Source of the DNA: the human T2T-CHM13v2.0 reference genome, Homo sapiens
Strand: one strand, 5' to 3'
DNA: 64,000 nucleotides
Assembly (NCBI RefSeq): GCF_009914755.1
Contig: NC_060930.1
Shown: piece after piece, positions 28,766-42,759 of the stretch
How the letters are laid out: each line of letters opens with the position of its first letter
Numbering within the stretch: the first letter of the stretch is position 1
Program-made: the position numbers and the translations under genes
The notes under the pieces: generated by a model
Databases searched by the model: none
The model's input: the letters and a program-made list of their open reading frames with translations, nothing else
What the model was told of the DNA's origin: nothing

Positions 28766-29267
28766 TGTTAGATACGAATTCTAAATTTCTTTTCAAAGAA
28801 TCAACATGCCAGTACGTTCAATTCGTTACCTTCTACTTTTAAACTTAACTTCCTCTAAAGCAACCTTTTTCAATTACCTGCTCCACCCTGACACATTCCG
28901 ATTATCTGCTCCACTCTGACTCATTCTGATTACCTACTCCACCCTGACTCATTCCTAATAACTGCTCTGTCATAACCATTTTTCCCTCCAAACCATTCAC
29001 CCTGTCACTCTCTTTAAATTAGCCAATAGGAATTATTTTAGCCTGTGCAGTCTAACCCTAGCCAATAGCAGAATGACACAGCAGCAGGGGTCACGTGCAT
29101 CAGGGATAAGAACCCCTTCCCCTCCCTTGTCCAAGTGTGCACTCACCATTGCTCCATTTGTAAGGGCTCACCCTTCTATAGAAGGAGCTTGCCTTGCTGA
29201 TAATTGAAAAGGAAATTTTATATTCTACTGCTATTTCTTTTGCAGCACCAAAACTTTATTTATAATG
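28766..29267 (+). mobile_element. 3' LTR (LTR10A/F-like)
   Basis: Homologous to 23054-23591. Three AP-1 units (TGACTCA at 28917 and 28945, TGACACA at 28889). The terminal CA is missing. Confidence 0.9.
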
Positions 29268-29269
29268 TT

Positions 29270-30450
29270 ATTGTATTTTGAATGTCTATCATATCTGTAA
29301 TAATATCTCCTTTTCACTGATGATATTTTACACTGTGTTTTATTTTATTATTTTATTTTCAGAGAATCAACTTTTGACTTTGTTGTTTTTCTCTTATATC
29401 ATCAAGAGCACTGTTGGAAGTGGCATCATCTGCACATCAGCTTTTGATGACCTTGATTTCTGCTCTTAGCTTTAGGGATTCTTTCTTTCTACTTTATTTG
29501 GACTTAATTTGCTGTTTTTTATATCTTTTCTCAGGGCACCCCAGAGCACTAATTTTAAAGGTCCTTATTTTATAACTTAATGAAATAAATTTGCCATCAA
29601 ATACTACTTTTCCTGCATCACACAGGTTCTGATAAGTCATATTTCCACTATCATCCAGTTCAAAATACTTCATAATTTTTACTTAATTTTTTTGAGCAAT
29701 GGGTTACACAGGAATGTGTCATTTAATTTCCAAACATCCAGGATTGATTTATATTGAATTTCACTGTGATCAGAGATCTTTCATGGTTTCAGTCCCTTGG
29801 AATTTGTTAGGTTTTGTTTTCAGCTCAACATATAGTCATTTTGTTCCATATGTATTTTTTTAAATGTGTATTTTGCAGTTGTTAGTCTTCTATAGCATAA
29901 ATCTGTTGATTATGCTGTAGGATATCTGTATATACTCTTACTTATTGTTTAATTGCTTGCCATAGCTGTTAAAATTTCCAAATATGCCTGTGGATTCATC
30001 TATTTTTCTCTCTTTTATTCCTGTAACTATTTGCTTTATATATATTCAGCACTGTTAGTAGTTGTATAAAATTCTAAAATATCATGTTTTTCTATTGAAT
30101 TCAACTTTTTATTAAATTAGATAAACTTCTTATCACTCTGAATAGTTCTTGGCTTACAGAATACTTTGCTTTTATTAATATGTCACATCTACTTCTTAAA
30201 GTGAGTTTTAAGTGATGCTTTTTTCAACTTTTTATTTTTAATCTATTTTGCCCTTAAAGTGTAACTTTAATTATCAGAATTTATTGAGTCTTATTTTTGT
30301 TTGAAGTCTTGGTTGACAATCTGTTTCTAATTCAGTGTACTTAATCTAATTTAATGTAATTGCTGGCATGGCTACATTAATATCTGTTATCTTGTTATAT
30401 GTTTTCTAATTGTTTCAGCTGTTGTTAGTTATTTTCATTTTTTGTACTGT
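29270..30450 (-). mobile_element. Ancient L1M/L1ME fragments
   Basis: Antisense L1 text such as 'ttcagagaatcaacttttgactttg', 'atccagttcaaaatactt', 'tttaatttccaaaca'. Confidence 0.6.
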
Positions 30451-30776
30451 TTTGGGCATTAATTAAATCATTTTGAAATAACTTTTAACCTGTTTTCCTC
30501 CTTAGACACACTGCACTCCTCTCCCTCGTGGGGAGAAGCCTCAGGTTCTGCAAATTCTCCCAACCTTGCAAAGTTGTCCTTGCTGTAGCAAATAACGAGC
30601 CTCTTTCTTTTGTTTTTAGTCACTCCCGGGTGTCCAAACTATGCCAGTTCCAACAGTGCTCTTGGTGATACAAGACAGAAACCCATCTCTTTCAGCGTAT
30701 TAAAATGCTGGGGACAATGGACACATGTCCCACTCTCTCTTGCCCAAAGCAGAAATTGCCATCCAAGATGCCCTCT

Positions 30777-31137
30777 TGTTATTTGAGATGTGTCCTCCCA
30801 AAAGTATCTTTTGGAAACTTAAAATTCAATGCAACAGCGTTTGGAGGTGGTGCCTAATAAGAAATTATTAGGCCATAAGGGCAAGGTGAATGAATTGATG
30901 CCATTATTGCCGGAGGGGGTTCATTATAAAAGATGGAGTTCAGCCCCCTTTTAATTCTCTCTCTGTTACTTTCTCTCTCCTTCTACCATGGATGATGCAA
31001 CAGAAAGCCTCACCAGATACCACCCCCTTCTATCTTGAACTTCTCAGCCTCCGTAACTGTGAGAAATAAATTTCTGTTTACTATAAATTACTCAATCTGT
31101 GGCATTCTGTTATAGCAGCACAAAATGGATTAAGACA
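30777..31137 (+). mobile_element. MST-family (MSTB2/MSTD-like) solo LTR
   Basis: TG...CA ends, 'gagaaataaatttctg...tatagcagcacaaaatggattaagaca', TSD cctct/tctct. Confidence 0.85.
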
Positions 31138-31403
31138 TCTCTCCTGGTACTTATGCTTTCTTGGAGGAGGAGGTAATGTGGGTAAGTAAAAATTGATCTT
31201 GGTACCTATTTCAATGCTATGTTCTTGGTTTTATATTTTTCTGCACTACTATAATGTTTTAAATAGATTCTGGAGTTCCCATAAAGGTATTTTGGTCTGT
31301 ATTCCATTCTAAAATCAATATTATTGTTCAGGAAACAAGAGCTTGAACTTCACATTTTCCCATCTTGCTGATGTCACTCACATTTGTAATTTTAATTTAA
31401 AAT

Positions 31404-31585
31404 GTTGTGTGTATATATATGCACATGTAGTATATGTATGTATATGTATATATACACACATATATATGACATGAGCATATGTATGTGTGTGTATATATAT
31501 GCACATGTAGTATATGTACATATATACATATATATGACATGAGCATATATATATGTGTGTGTGTATATGTATATACACACACACA
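31404..31585. repeat. TA/TG/CA compound microsatellite with an 80-bp duplication
   Basis: 'gcacatgtagtatatgta...gacatgagcatat' occurs at 31421 and 31501. Confidence 0.9.
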
Positions 31586-32864
31586 AAATACTGTGTGTGA
31601 AACGATTTTTACAGAAATTTCAATACACACCCCTCGTTGTGTCAGGAAGCAGGGAAACGTTTTGCTTTAGTATGACTTAGTTTATTTTTCGTTCATCACT
31701 AGTTGTGCTCCCTCTCAGGCTATTAATTAAGAATCTGGCCAGTTTTTCTCTTAAGACCTGAAATATTTCAGAATATTTAGTTGTACCGTCCAGTAATTTT
31801 CATGTTCATTCTTTATCCTATAAAACCCATATGGCTTCAACATCTGAATAACTTGAGAGGGTGACCAATACTGTGTTTTTTCAAAGCACCTTTTCTTAGC
31901 AGGATTTTGTTTTCCCAAAACAGGAGGCTACAGAACATTTCACTCTGACCTTTAAAAGCTTTAACCCAGGGTCTTCAGCCTTTCAAGCTGTAAACTTAGT
32001 AAATGCCCCACAAAGAAAACTGGCGGTGCCTGTGTGCTCTTCTGTGCATTAATACCTCATGCATTCCTGGACAAACATCAAAAGCACTGCTGGTTTGTCT
32101 TTTTCTTCAATAGAGTTCTTCTGAATATTCTAAGCTCAGTCCTTAGCCTACATCTGAAATTGATGTATAATTATACAAAGAAAGTGACTAAAGATCATCA
32201 GTTCACCTGGGAAAGGCTGAAAGTTGTGTACAATTTTTGCCCATACATTTCTTCTTCCCTCCATACTAGTATGATGTTTTTCAAAATGTGGTTATTATAA
32301 TTTATCTGTTTTATCCAGTTGTTTTAATAGAAGTGTTGGCTTCTCATGATAAGCTAATCCTCTCCAGAGACACAAATCTTCCACTAGTGAATTTTACATA
32401 TTTTTATATAGTCTCAAGCTTAAGTCTATGGGTTGCATGTTATAGGGACCAATAAATATTCCATTAGAATGTTTAGGGATATTAAAACTGTAATCACTGA
32501 TGATCCCACTGAAGTAATGTAACACTTAAATATTACCCTAAAAGACATATATGTAAGATATAATGAAATGTGAAATAAATTAAGAATAATTTCAAATATT
32601 TCTTCACAAATATGATCTAAAAATATTGAATTGGTGACATATAACAATTCACATGCATTGACTGAATACTATGTGTTAGGCATTAAATATTTATTTTAGA
32701 GAAATTATATCATTTTTGCTGCTGACAATGATGTAACTACATTGGATCTATGATGTAGTTAACATACTTGACATCAGAACAGTAGAAAATAAAGAATATA
32801 GAACTTAAATCCAGGTTTTGGCATTCCCAGTTTGGATTTTTAACCTCTAAGCTCTAATTTATTC

Positions 32865-33162
32865 TAAGACAAAGGCGTGGAATAGATTTTTTATTAGATC
32901 TTTCAGAGAGACCATGACCTTGCTGAAACCTTGATTTGGACCTCTAGCTTTCAGAACTATGAGATAATAATTTTCTGTTGTTTTAAGCTACCTAGTTTGT
33001 AATACTATGTAACAGCAGCCATAGAAAACTAGTAAAGATTTTTGCAATGGGAAGTGGGTTGCTGATGTAACAAATATATAAAAATGTAGAACTGGCTTTG
33101 GAATGAGTAATGGGTACAGGTTTGAATTTTGAAGTCTTTGATAGAAAAAGTATAGATGTCGT
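32865..33162 (+). mobile_element. MLT1 LTR 3' part and start of MLT1-int
   Basis: LTR end 'gttttaagctacctagtttg...gcagccatagaaaacta', then int text 'gaagtgggttgctgatgtaacaaat...aaaatgtagaactggctttggaa'. Confidence 0.75.
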
Positions 33163-33523
33163 TGTGATATTTCAAAAGTACTGCATTAATCTTATTTTGA
33201 GATTATGGCTAAAAAGCTCTTAGTTTCCCCTGTGTGGACAGTTTGCTAAACTCATACCTCGACTATTTCCCTTATCAGATGCTAACACTCCTAGATTATA
33301 ACACATACATCCAACTGCCAAAAACCCTGATACCAAACATCTAGGATGACCTCTTTTTCTTTGGGCCTGTGGAATTACTGAAACAATCTAAAAGAAGCAT
33401 GTTAAACCTAGCTAACCTCAACCTACTGCCTATACATAAGACTCTTCTTACAGTTTCAGATTGCTGTTACCCTTTTCTTGGATGCAATTCCCTGCGTGGT
33501 TCTGTGTGGCAGCCTTCTCTATT

Positions 33524-35855
<2,332 letters not shown>

Positions 35856-36770
35856 TTAAAGAGGTTGTTGGTAGATATATGGATGTTACAACCAATTCTG
35901 TTGAATGATCAGAAATAAGAGACGCGAGCCGTAGAGAGAACTCGAATTACCATAAATAATACATACACTGTGGTGAACAGAATGTTTGGCTGAAAAAATT
36001 TCCAAGAGAAGTTTGTAAGGTACACTCTAATTTTTTTTTCTTGTTGCTTATATTTAATACAGGAGAAATGAAAAATTTTTTAAAAGCAATTTTCTAAGCA
36101 AAAAGGAATCAACACTTGATGATTTGGAAAACCATCAGCCCATCCAGATAGCGTAGCCTCAAAACAAAGTCTAAGGTGCGGCTGGAAAATTACTTATTAA
36201 AAATATAAGGTGCTGGACTCATGGATAGGATCAACCATCTCAGCTGAAGCTAGGAACAAAAATGCAGTTATCCAGGAAAGATCTGTGTAGGACCCTTTTG
36301 TCTGATGGCAAGAACCCATGTAAACTGTATGAATGACCAAGAATTTTGCAAATCTTTAATCAGTAGAAAAACTGCCAGCTTAGACTGGAAACGTCAGAGA
36401 TTGGATAGAATGGAAGAAGAATTACTCCAAGGGCAGAACTATAGCTGTAGAGGCCTAGGCTGATGGTAACTCCTTGGGGTCAGAGGGTGAGACCACTGCT
36501 CCAGTGGGTCCAGAAAACAGATTATGAAGCCACAGAGGATTATTCTCAGGCCTTAAAATCTAATGAAATGTGTCCTGTGGGTTTTGGCCCTGCCTAGGAC
36601 ACATTATCCCTTTTTTCTTTCCAACATTTCTTTTTTTAAATAAAAATGTTCATTCTATGACTTTCCCTCAATTATAATTTAGAAGCCAATAACTTGTTTT
36701 ACGGTGTCACAAATCCACAAATTGAGAGAAATTTTTCTCTAGGATGAGCCGTACCCTTCATGTCTCACTC
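35856..36770 (+). mobile_element. MLT1-int continuation
   Basis: Resumes 'gttggtagatatatggatg' and contains 'gaggattattctcaggccttaaaatctaatgaa'. Confidence 0.7.
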
Positions 36771-37119
36771 ATAATAAATGTTTTACATATAAAACATAAT
36801 TAATATAATAAATATTAATACAGTCAATATATTAATACATGATATAACCAATGTTAATATATAATTCAATTAACATAAATTTAAATAATGTTATTGTCAA
36901 TATATAAGGCAAGGTTTGCCTTCATTTTATTATATACTTTTTGGCTGTTGACAAGTTGACACAATGCATAGTAATGTAAATTATGCTGTGATTAGAATTA
37001 GAAGACCTCGGCTTCCATCTTAGTCATGTCACATATTGATCTCTGTTTTTTCATAATAAAACATATCTAAAACTTGCATCACAATGATGTCATGGATGCA
37101 TAGCACTCTGTCTGATATA

Positions 37120-37512
37120 TAGTAAGTATCCCTTATTCAACATACATGGGAACAGAAGTGTTTCAAATCTGATTTTCTTTTAAATTTTGGAATGTTTGCA
37201 TGTATATAAGGGGACATATTGGAGATGGAACTGAAATCTAAGCACAAAATGTATTATGTATAATATATACTTTATACACATAAGCAGAAATTGTAATTTT
37301 ATGCAATATTTTAAATACTTTTCTACATGAAACAGTTTTGACTGCATTTTGACTGTGGCCCATCACATGAGGTCAGGCAGGTGTGGAATTTTCTACTTGT
37401 GGCATCATGTCACAAGTAATTTCAATGTATGTAACATAAATTGCTTTGAAAAGTTCCAAATTATGTAACATTTCAGATTTGAGATTTTTGGACTATACGC
37501 TGTCAACATGTA
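37120..37512. mobile_element. Tigger4/MER46 (Zombi) DNA transposon relic
   Basis: 'agtatcccttat...gggaacagaagtgtttca...catcacatgaggtcagg...tgtggaattttctacttgtggcatcatgtca...ttttggact...caacatg'. Confidence 0.8.
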
Positions 37513-37859
37513 AAAAAAATACATCTGTAAATAGATGCTATATGACCTTGACTGTTTGTAAAAGATCTCATCCTAATGGAGGACCACTGTAGTTGGAGAA
37601 ACAGTGTGATAAACAGCTAGGGTGGAAAAACATCTGAAAATTAAAGGCAGAATAAAAAATATCTCCATCTTTAGAGAAGGTGGCTTATATAAGCATTACA
37701 AAGAAGACAACGTTATATTGAACTAGTTGAAATTTTCTGATAAATTATGCTAAATTATTAGAAAGTTTCTGGGTAACAGCAGGATAGGCAATGTGGTTAA
37801 TGGAAGGCTAGTTAGAAACTGATTTAGAATTGAGTTTTCAGGGCACAGGTCAAGAAGAA

Positions 37860-38465
37860 ACAGAGTGTTATAGTTGATTGTGTTTAATTTCTCACTCTTC
37901 TGTTTACTAGCTGTGTGACCTTGGGCAAGTTATTTAATCTCTCAGTGCTTCAACTTTAATATGTGTATATATATATGTATATGTATATATATATGTATAT
38001 ATATATGTATATATATATATATACACACACACACACATATTACGGATATGTGTGTGTATATATATATACACATATCTTCTATGGATATATATACACACAT
38101 ATATACATATATACATATCCTCTATAGATATATACACACACACATATATATACACACACACATATATACATATCCTCTACGGATATATATATATATATAC
38201 ACACACACACATATCCTCTATGGATATATATATATACACACACACACACATATCCTCTATGGATATATATACACATATATACACACACACACACACACAC
38301 ATACACATATCCTCCATGAATATATATGGAGATATAATATGAATATATATGGATATATGTATGTATATATATACATATAGAGTTGCTAGGAGGATTAAAT
38401 TGTTAATATGCACAAAATAACCTTATGCTTTCTGGTTCATAGTAAATCCTCACTAAAAGTGATTT
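37860..38465 (+). mobile_element. MIR split by a ~420-bp tandem repeat
   Basis: Left half 'tactagctgtgtgaccttgggcaagttatttaatctctc'. Right half 'tagagttgctaggaggattaaat...catagtaaatcctcactaaa'. Confidence 0.8.
37961..38378. repeat. Compound minisatellite: CATATCCTCTATGGATAT cores separated by (TA)n(CA)n
   Basis: Cores at ~38071, 38114, 38169, 38210, 38249 and 38306. Confidence 0.92.
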
Positions 38466-38489
38466 TTTGCTTGTTTTTTGTTTTTATTA

Positions 38490-38692
38490 GTGGCTTTATT
38501 GAGGTATAATTCACATACCATATACTTCACCCATTTTAAAGTATAAAATTCAATGTTTTTTGTATATTTGTGATTAATTAGCTTGATTGTGGTGATTATT
38601 CTTCAATGTATATGTAGATAAGAAAATCAAAATATACACTTTAAATACATACAACTTTTAACTGTCAATTATTCCTCAATAGTGATGGAAAA
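38490..38692. mobile_element. Two opposed L1M 3'-end fragments (minus 38490-38569, plus 38570-38692)
   Basis: 'gctttattgaggtataattcacatacc' (minus-strand end) and 'aattagcttgattgtggtga...caattattcctcaata' (plus-strand end). Confidence 0.7.
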
Positions 38693-38859
38693 TGTGACTT
38701 ATTGTTATCATCCCCATTTCTTACCACTATGACACTTAAAGATGATCAGATAAAATCTCTAATCTTCAGCTTACATATCTAAAAGAAAAGTAAGCTAGAA
38801 AAAATGAGCTGCAATATATATTCTAGCAATTGAGGTAAATTAAAGATGAGGTAAATAAA

Positions 38860-39238
38860 ATATTGGCACTCCTCCCACCTGGATGTGGGGCTAGGTTATT
38901 TTGTCTTGCATTTCAGCAGCCTGTGCAACTATATGGATCAATTAAATATGGCTAAATTGAGGCTCTTCTTGTTTCCAGGTCTGACCTTAAGAAAATAGGA
39001 CCTTCCATTTTCTAGCTCCTGGAACACTTCCACTTAGCACCCAGCCATCAGACTGTGTATGAGGAGAGGAACTGAGACCTGCAGACCAATAACCTAAGCT
39101 GAACTCGCAGCTGAAAGCTAACCCACCTCTAATGGACTCTCCACTCAAAATCCAGATTAGTGAACCAAATATATGACTGTTGTTTTTAAGCCACTATGTT
39201 TTAGCATGGTATGTTACACACCAATAGATAACTAAAAC
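38860..39238 (+). mobile_element. MLT1G/H-like LTR
   Basis: Ends 'tgtttttaagccactatgttttagcatggtatgttacacaccaatagataactaaaac'. Confidence 0.7.
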
Positions 39239-42200
39239 TGTTCTCTCACCATCTCAACATCCTCTTCATATTTTCTAAATAATAAAATATGCCATTTGAT
39301 TTTACAAGAAACAAATGTTAGATGGCAGGGCTGAAGTTAAATGGGAACCTAATGTTCACAACGACTAACAGATTTGTAAATTGAGCTTATATGTCTACAT
39401 CAAAGTTCTCAATCTTTATTTATGCTATAGTTTAAAGCATGACTATACTTTTCAGCTGACTCTCTTGAAAAGTGGAGTATAATTAATATATTGATACCTG
39501 GATATATTATATTTTAGTTCATGATTCCATTTAGTCCTGAAAAATAGAAGGCATTGTCATTTTGTAGACATCTCCTTGATATATTTGTGTTAGAGTTAAC
39601 TCAATTTTTTAAATGTAAGATTTAACTCTATGACACTAATCACCTGTCATCAGTCACTGACTATAGTTCAATATCATTTGAGTCACCAAGGCTAAGATAT
39701 ACCAGATAACTGTTTCAGTACAGGTGATTTGCATTTATCATCTAAGAGCTTATAAGAACCTCCTCTCACTAAAATATCAGAGGTCTAACTTTTACCCCCT
39801 TCCTCACATCAAAAGCATAAAACGCTGAGATATATAAAGAGGAGATTTCAGGGAGTTTGAGAACTTACTCAAATGATGTAACTCATTTGACAAATGACTT
39901 GCTTCATGCATCTTTTAGATAGCTAAGTCCAATTAGCTAAAATTATAGTTGAATTGAATATGTAAATATCTATAAAGTTGGCCTAATTAGATCCATAGGG
40001 TGGTGTAGCATCTGTGTTTAAAGCCCAGCAATTGTGAAGAGGTTTTGGTTGCAAGCTTAGGGGAGGCTGTGAAGACTGGCAAGTCTAAGTCCTCCCGTGG
40101 AATCTGAGATTTCACAGGTAGTATCTGAGGATGGGTGTGAGATTACTGCTCAAGCCAGAAAGATTAACAGCTGCCTCAATGGGAATAAGAGTCACTAGGA
40201 AATTTGATTCTATCATTCCTGAATCCAAGGTGGCGTTAACAAGCTTATTATGTAAGAAAGCAGCCTCTGTTACTAATCTAAGCTGTATCTGTTTTTCTGC
40301 TTACGCCTATGAACCAGAACATAAGAAGTAGTAGAACAAATGATATGAATCTACAAATTATGCCACGTATTTTAATTCTTCACTATTTAAATAATTAAAA
40401 ACTAAGTTTTCTTCTAAATGTGTCACATAGTATAGATTTTCTAGGGTGCACTTAAGAAATTTGGTGTACTCAAGATGATCAACCTGTCTCAAAATAAACT
40501 TAGATTTTTTGAAGACTCTTCTGTTAAATTGGACTTTGACCATCACTGACACTTATTTTGACCTTATAATACCATAAATATGTACCCTTGATCAAGACTC
40601 CAGCTGATAGACCCTTAGCATAGATACATAAAAATAATAAACCTTATCTGAACATCTGTTTTAAGTCAGCTTTTGCTGTGGAAGCTGTTACAATTACAAA
40701 TTATTTCCATTTGATTTCACTGAAATTCAATTAACTTCGAGCAAAAATTAGCAACACTAATTTTTAAATAAGGATGGGGTGAAGGTGATAGTTATTGTGG
40801 AGCATTGATATGATAGAAGCAGTGAGGGTAGAAAATGTGTGAACGTTAAATGCCTTTATTACTCATTTTACATTTCATCAGGTATCAGATGGCATGAAAA
40901 TACGCTGTCTTGGTCTATTTTCTTGCTACCACCCCTAAGATATCACATACTTGGCTGTTTCTTATTCTAAAACCACAGTCCCTTGGGGGCTAGCTATTAT
41001 TTTAATGATCAGAGTGATGATGAGTCTCTGAATACCTTAAGGTTTGTATACTAAGGATTATCTCAATTTAGCTAACATAAGCTCTATGAATGTGTTGCAT
41101 ATAAAATCATTTTATCTAAGGCCACATATTCTCAAAAGACATATTATGTTGTATTTTACACCTGATGCATTTACAGTTACCACTAACAAGCAAGAAAAAA
41201 ATCTCCTCTACAGAGTTTGAAGTATATATTTTTAAATTATTGTTGCTTCTAAAAATACAAAAATAGATTTGGAGGTTGATATTTTTGGCAGGGGCTCTGA
41301 ATATTTTCATGTGGAAGTCAGCAACCTAATAAGCCTGACTTACTGAGTGGATCAGTGGGTTGTAATTCTGGTAACTTATTTTTTAACTAGCTTGAGGCTA
41401 GGTCTATCTCAATTATGCTTCAGGTTGTATAATAGATTATATGGCATATTCAATAAAGTTGATATTGTATTAAACACAGTAGAGACAATTAATGAATTTT
41501 TTTTCTGGTGAGTTGATATTTTAAAAAGAGTTAATTATGTAGAATTTTTTGAAAGGCTTTATTCAATAGGACTCAATACCGGTCTGATCATCATCCTACG
41601 ATAATGGGATATGGGTCACAGCAGGGAGAAAATCAATAGTGCTGATGGGCTATTTTATTTAAATCTCAAGCAGTTTTCTCTTCATAATAAGAAGATGTTT
41701 TCCAATTAAATTGTAAATTTGAACTAATATATTGTTTTATATAAGATACTTTATAACTTAACCAAAGCATTAAAAAATGTATCTCATCAATGATAGAAAG
41801 TTATTATCACATTTAAGCAATTAGTTTATAAAATTAATAACCATATTGATTTAATAGAATTCATCTGAATTTTCTTAGGAGAAACAAATGATTATTTTTC
41901 AATGTCTTGTGTGCACCTGCATCATGCATTGCATGACAGCCGAAGGTTGCTGACAACCACTTCACTCTGCATTTTATCCCCCAGGGCTGATTTGGCACTC
42001 TAGGCTAAAGCATTGCAGGACATTCTGTTCTAGGAGGGGCAAGAACAGAGTCTGGACTGTTCTACACAGTTTCTTTTTGTCTCAGGGTGTTGAATTCCCA
42101 GCAAATTCTACAGTTATTTTTGAGAACTACAAGCAAGCAAGAAAGGAAGAGCTGGATTGGCAAAGGCTATTCAGGGACTTGCCCTGCAGAGACAGTAGCA

Positions 42201-42759
42201 AAACAAGTCTCTGAAAGCTTTTTAGATGGGTATCAAGAAAGTTATTCTGCAACAGTTTTCACCTGTTATTGACATTAGATAGAAATAATACTTCACTTTC
42301 TACATTCATTAAGACATTATTTCATAGGAATATCAGGAATAAATGCTACAATAAATTAGACTACATATAACTAAGCCATTTTATAAAGCTTCAGTCATCA
42401 AATTTTACTAGTGTAGTCATTATCAGTGTAACCTAACAAACAATCCATTTTTATGCACAATCTACTGAAAGTTCGTGTAGGTGATGAGAGAAAATTCTGT
42501 CTTCCAAGTGCTTAATTTAAAATTAACAGAAAAAGACAAATGTATTAAAAAGTTTCAACACCAGTAAACAATGCAAATAATAGTTCAAAGTCATCATATG
42601 AGAAATGATTTAGACTATATGTGTTGTAGGAATATAATAGATTTATGAAAATGGAATAAAATGGTCTTTGAATAAAGCAGGACAGAAGGACTTGACAATT
42701 GCAAAATCAGCATTTCAATAGATAGGCAGAAAGTGAGCTCTATAGGCAAAAAATTCACA

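Larger units (their letters stand above)
23054..29267 (+). mobile_element. HERV-IP10 (HERVIP10FH-like) ERV1 provirus with LTR10A/F LTRs, internally deleted
   Basis: Two homologous LTRs, tRNA-Pro PBS, PPT, pol tether/RNase H and integrase remnants, env pseudogene. No recognisable gag or RT core. Confidence 0.88.

Noticed and set aside
31378-31670. Overlapping Y/I/H/T/C/V-rich ORFs (also 6815-7229, 37934-38413, 47318)
   Set aside because: Stop-free dinucleotide repeats.
37961-38378. CRISPR-like repeat-spacer array
   Set aside because: The spacers are (TA)/(CA) simple repeats, there are no cas genes, and the context is a primate MIR.
40118-40331. Frame open on both strands (66 aa on plus, ~62 codons on minus)
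   Set aside because: No recognisable homology or coherent splice and start signals. This length is expected by chance.
42042-42063. AGAACA...TGTTCT steroid-response-like palindrome
   Set aside because: The spacer is 10 nt rather than the 3 nt required for a GRE/ARE.
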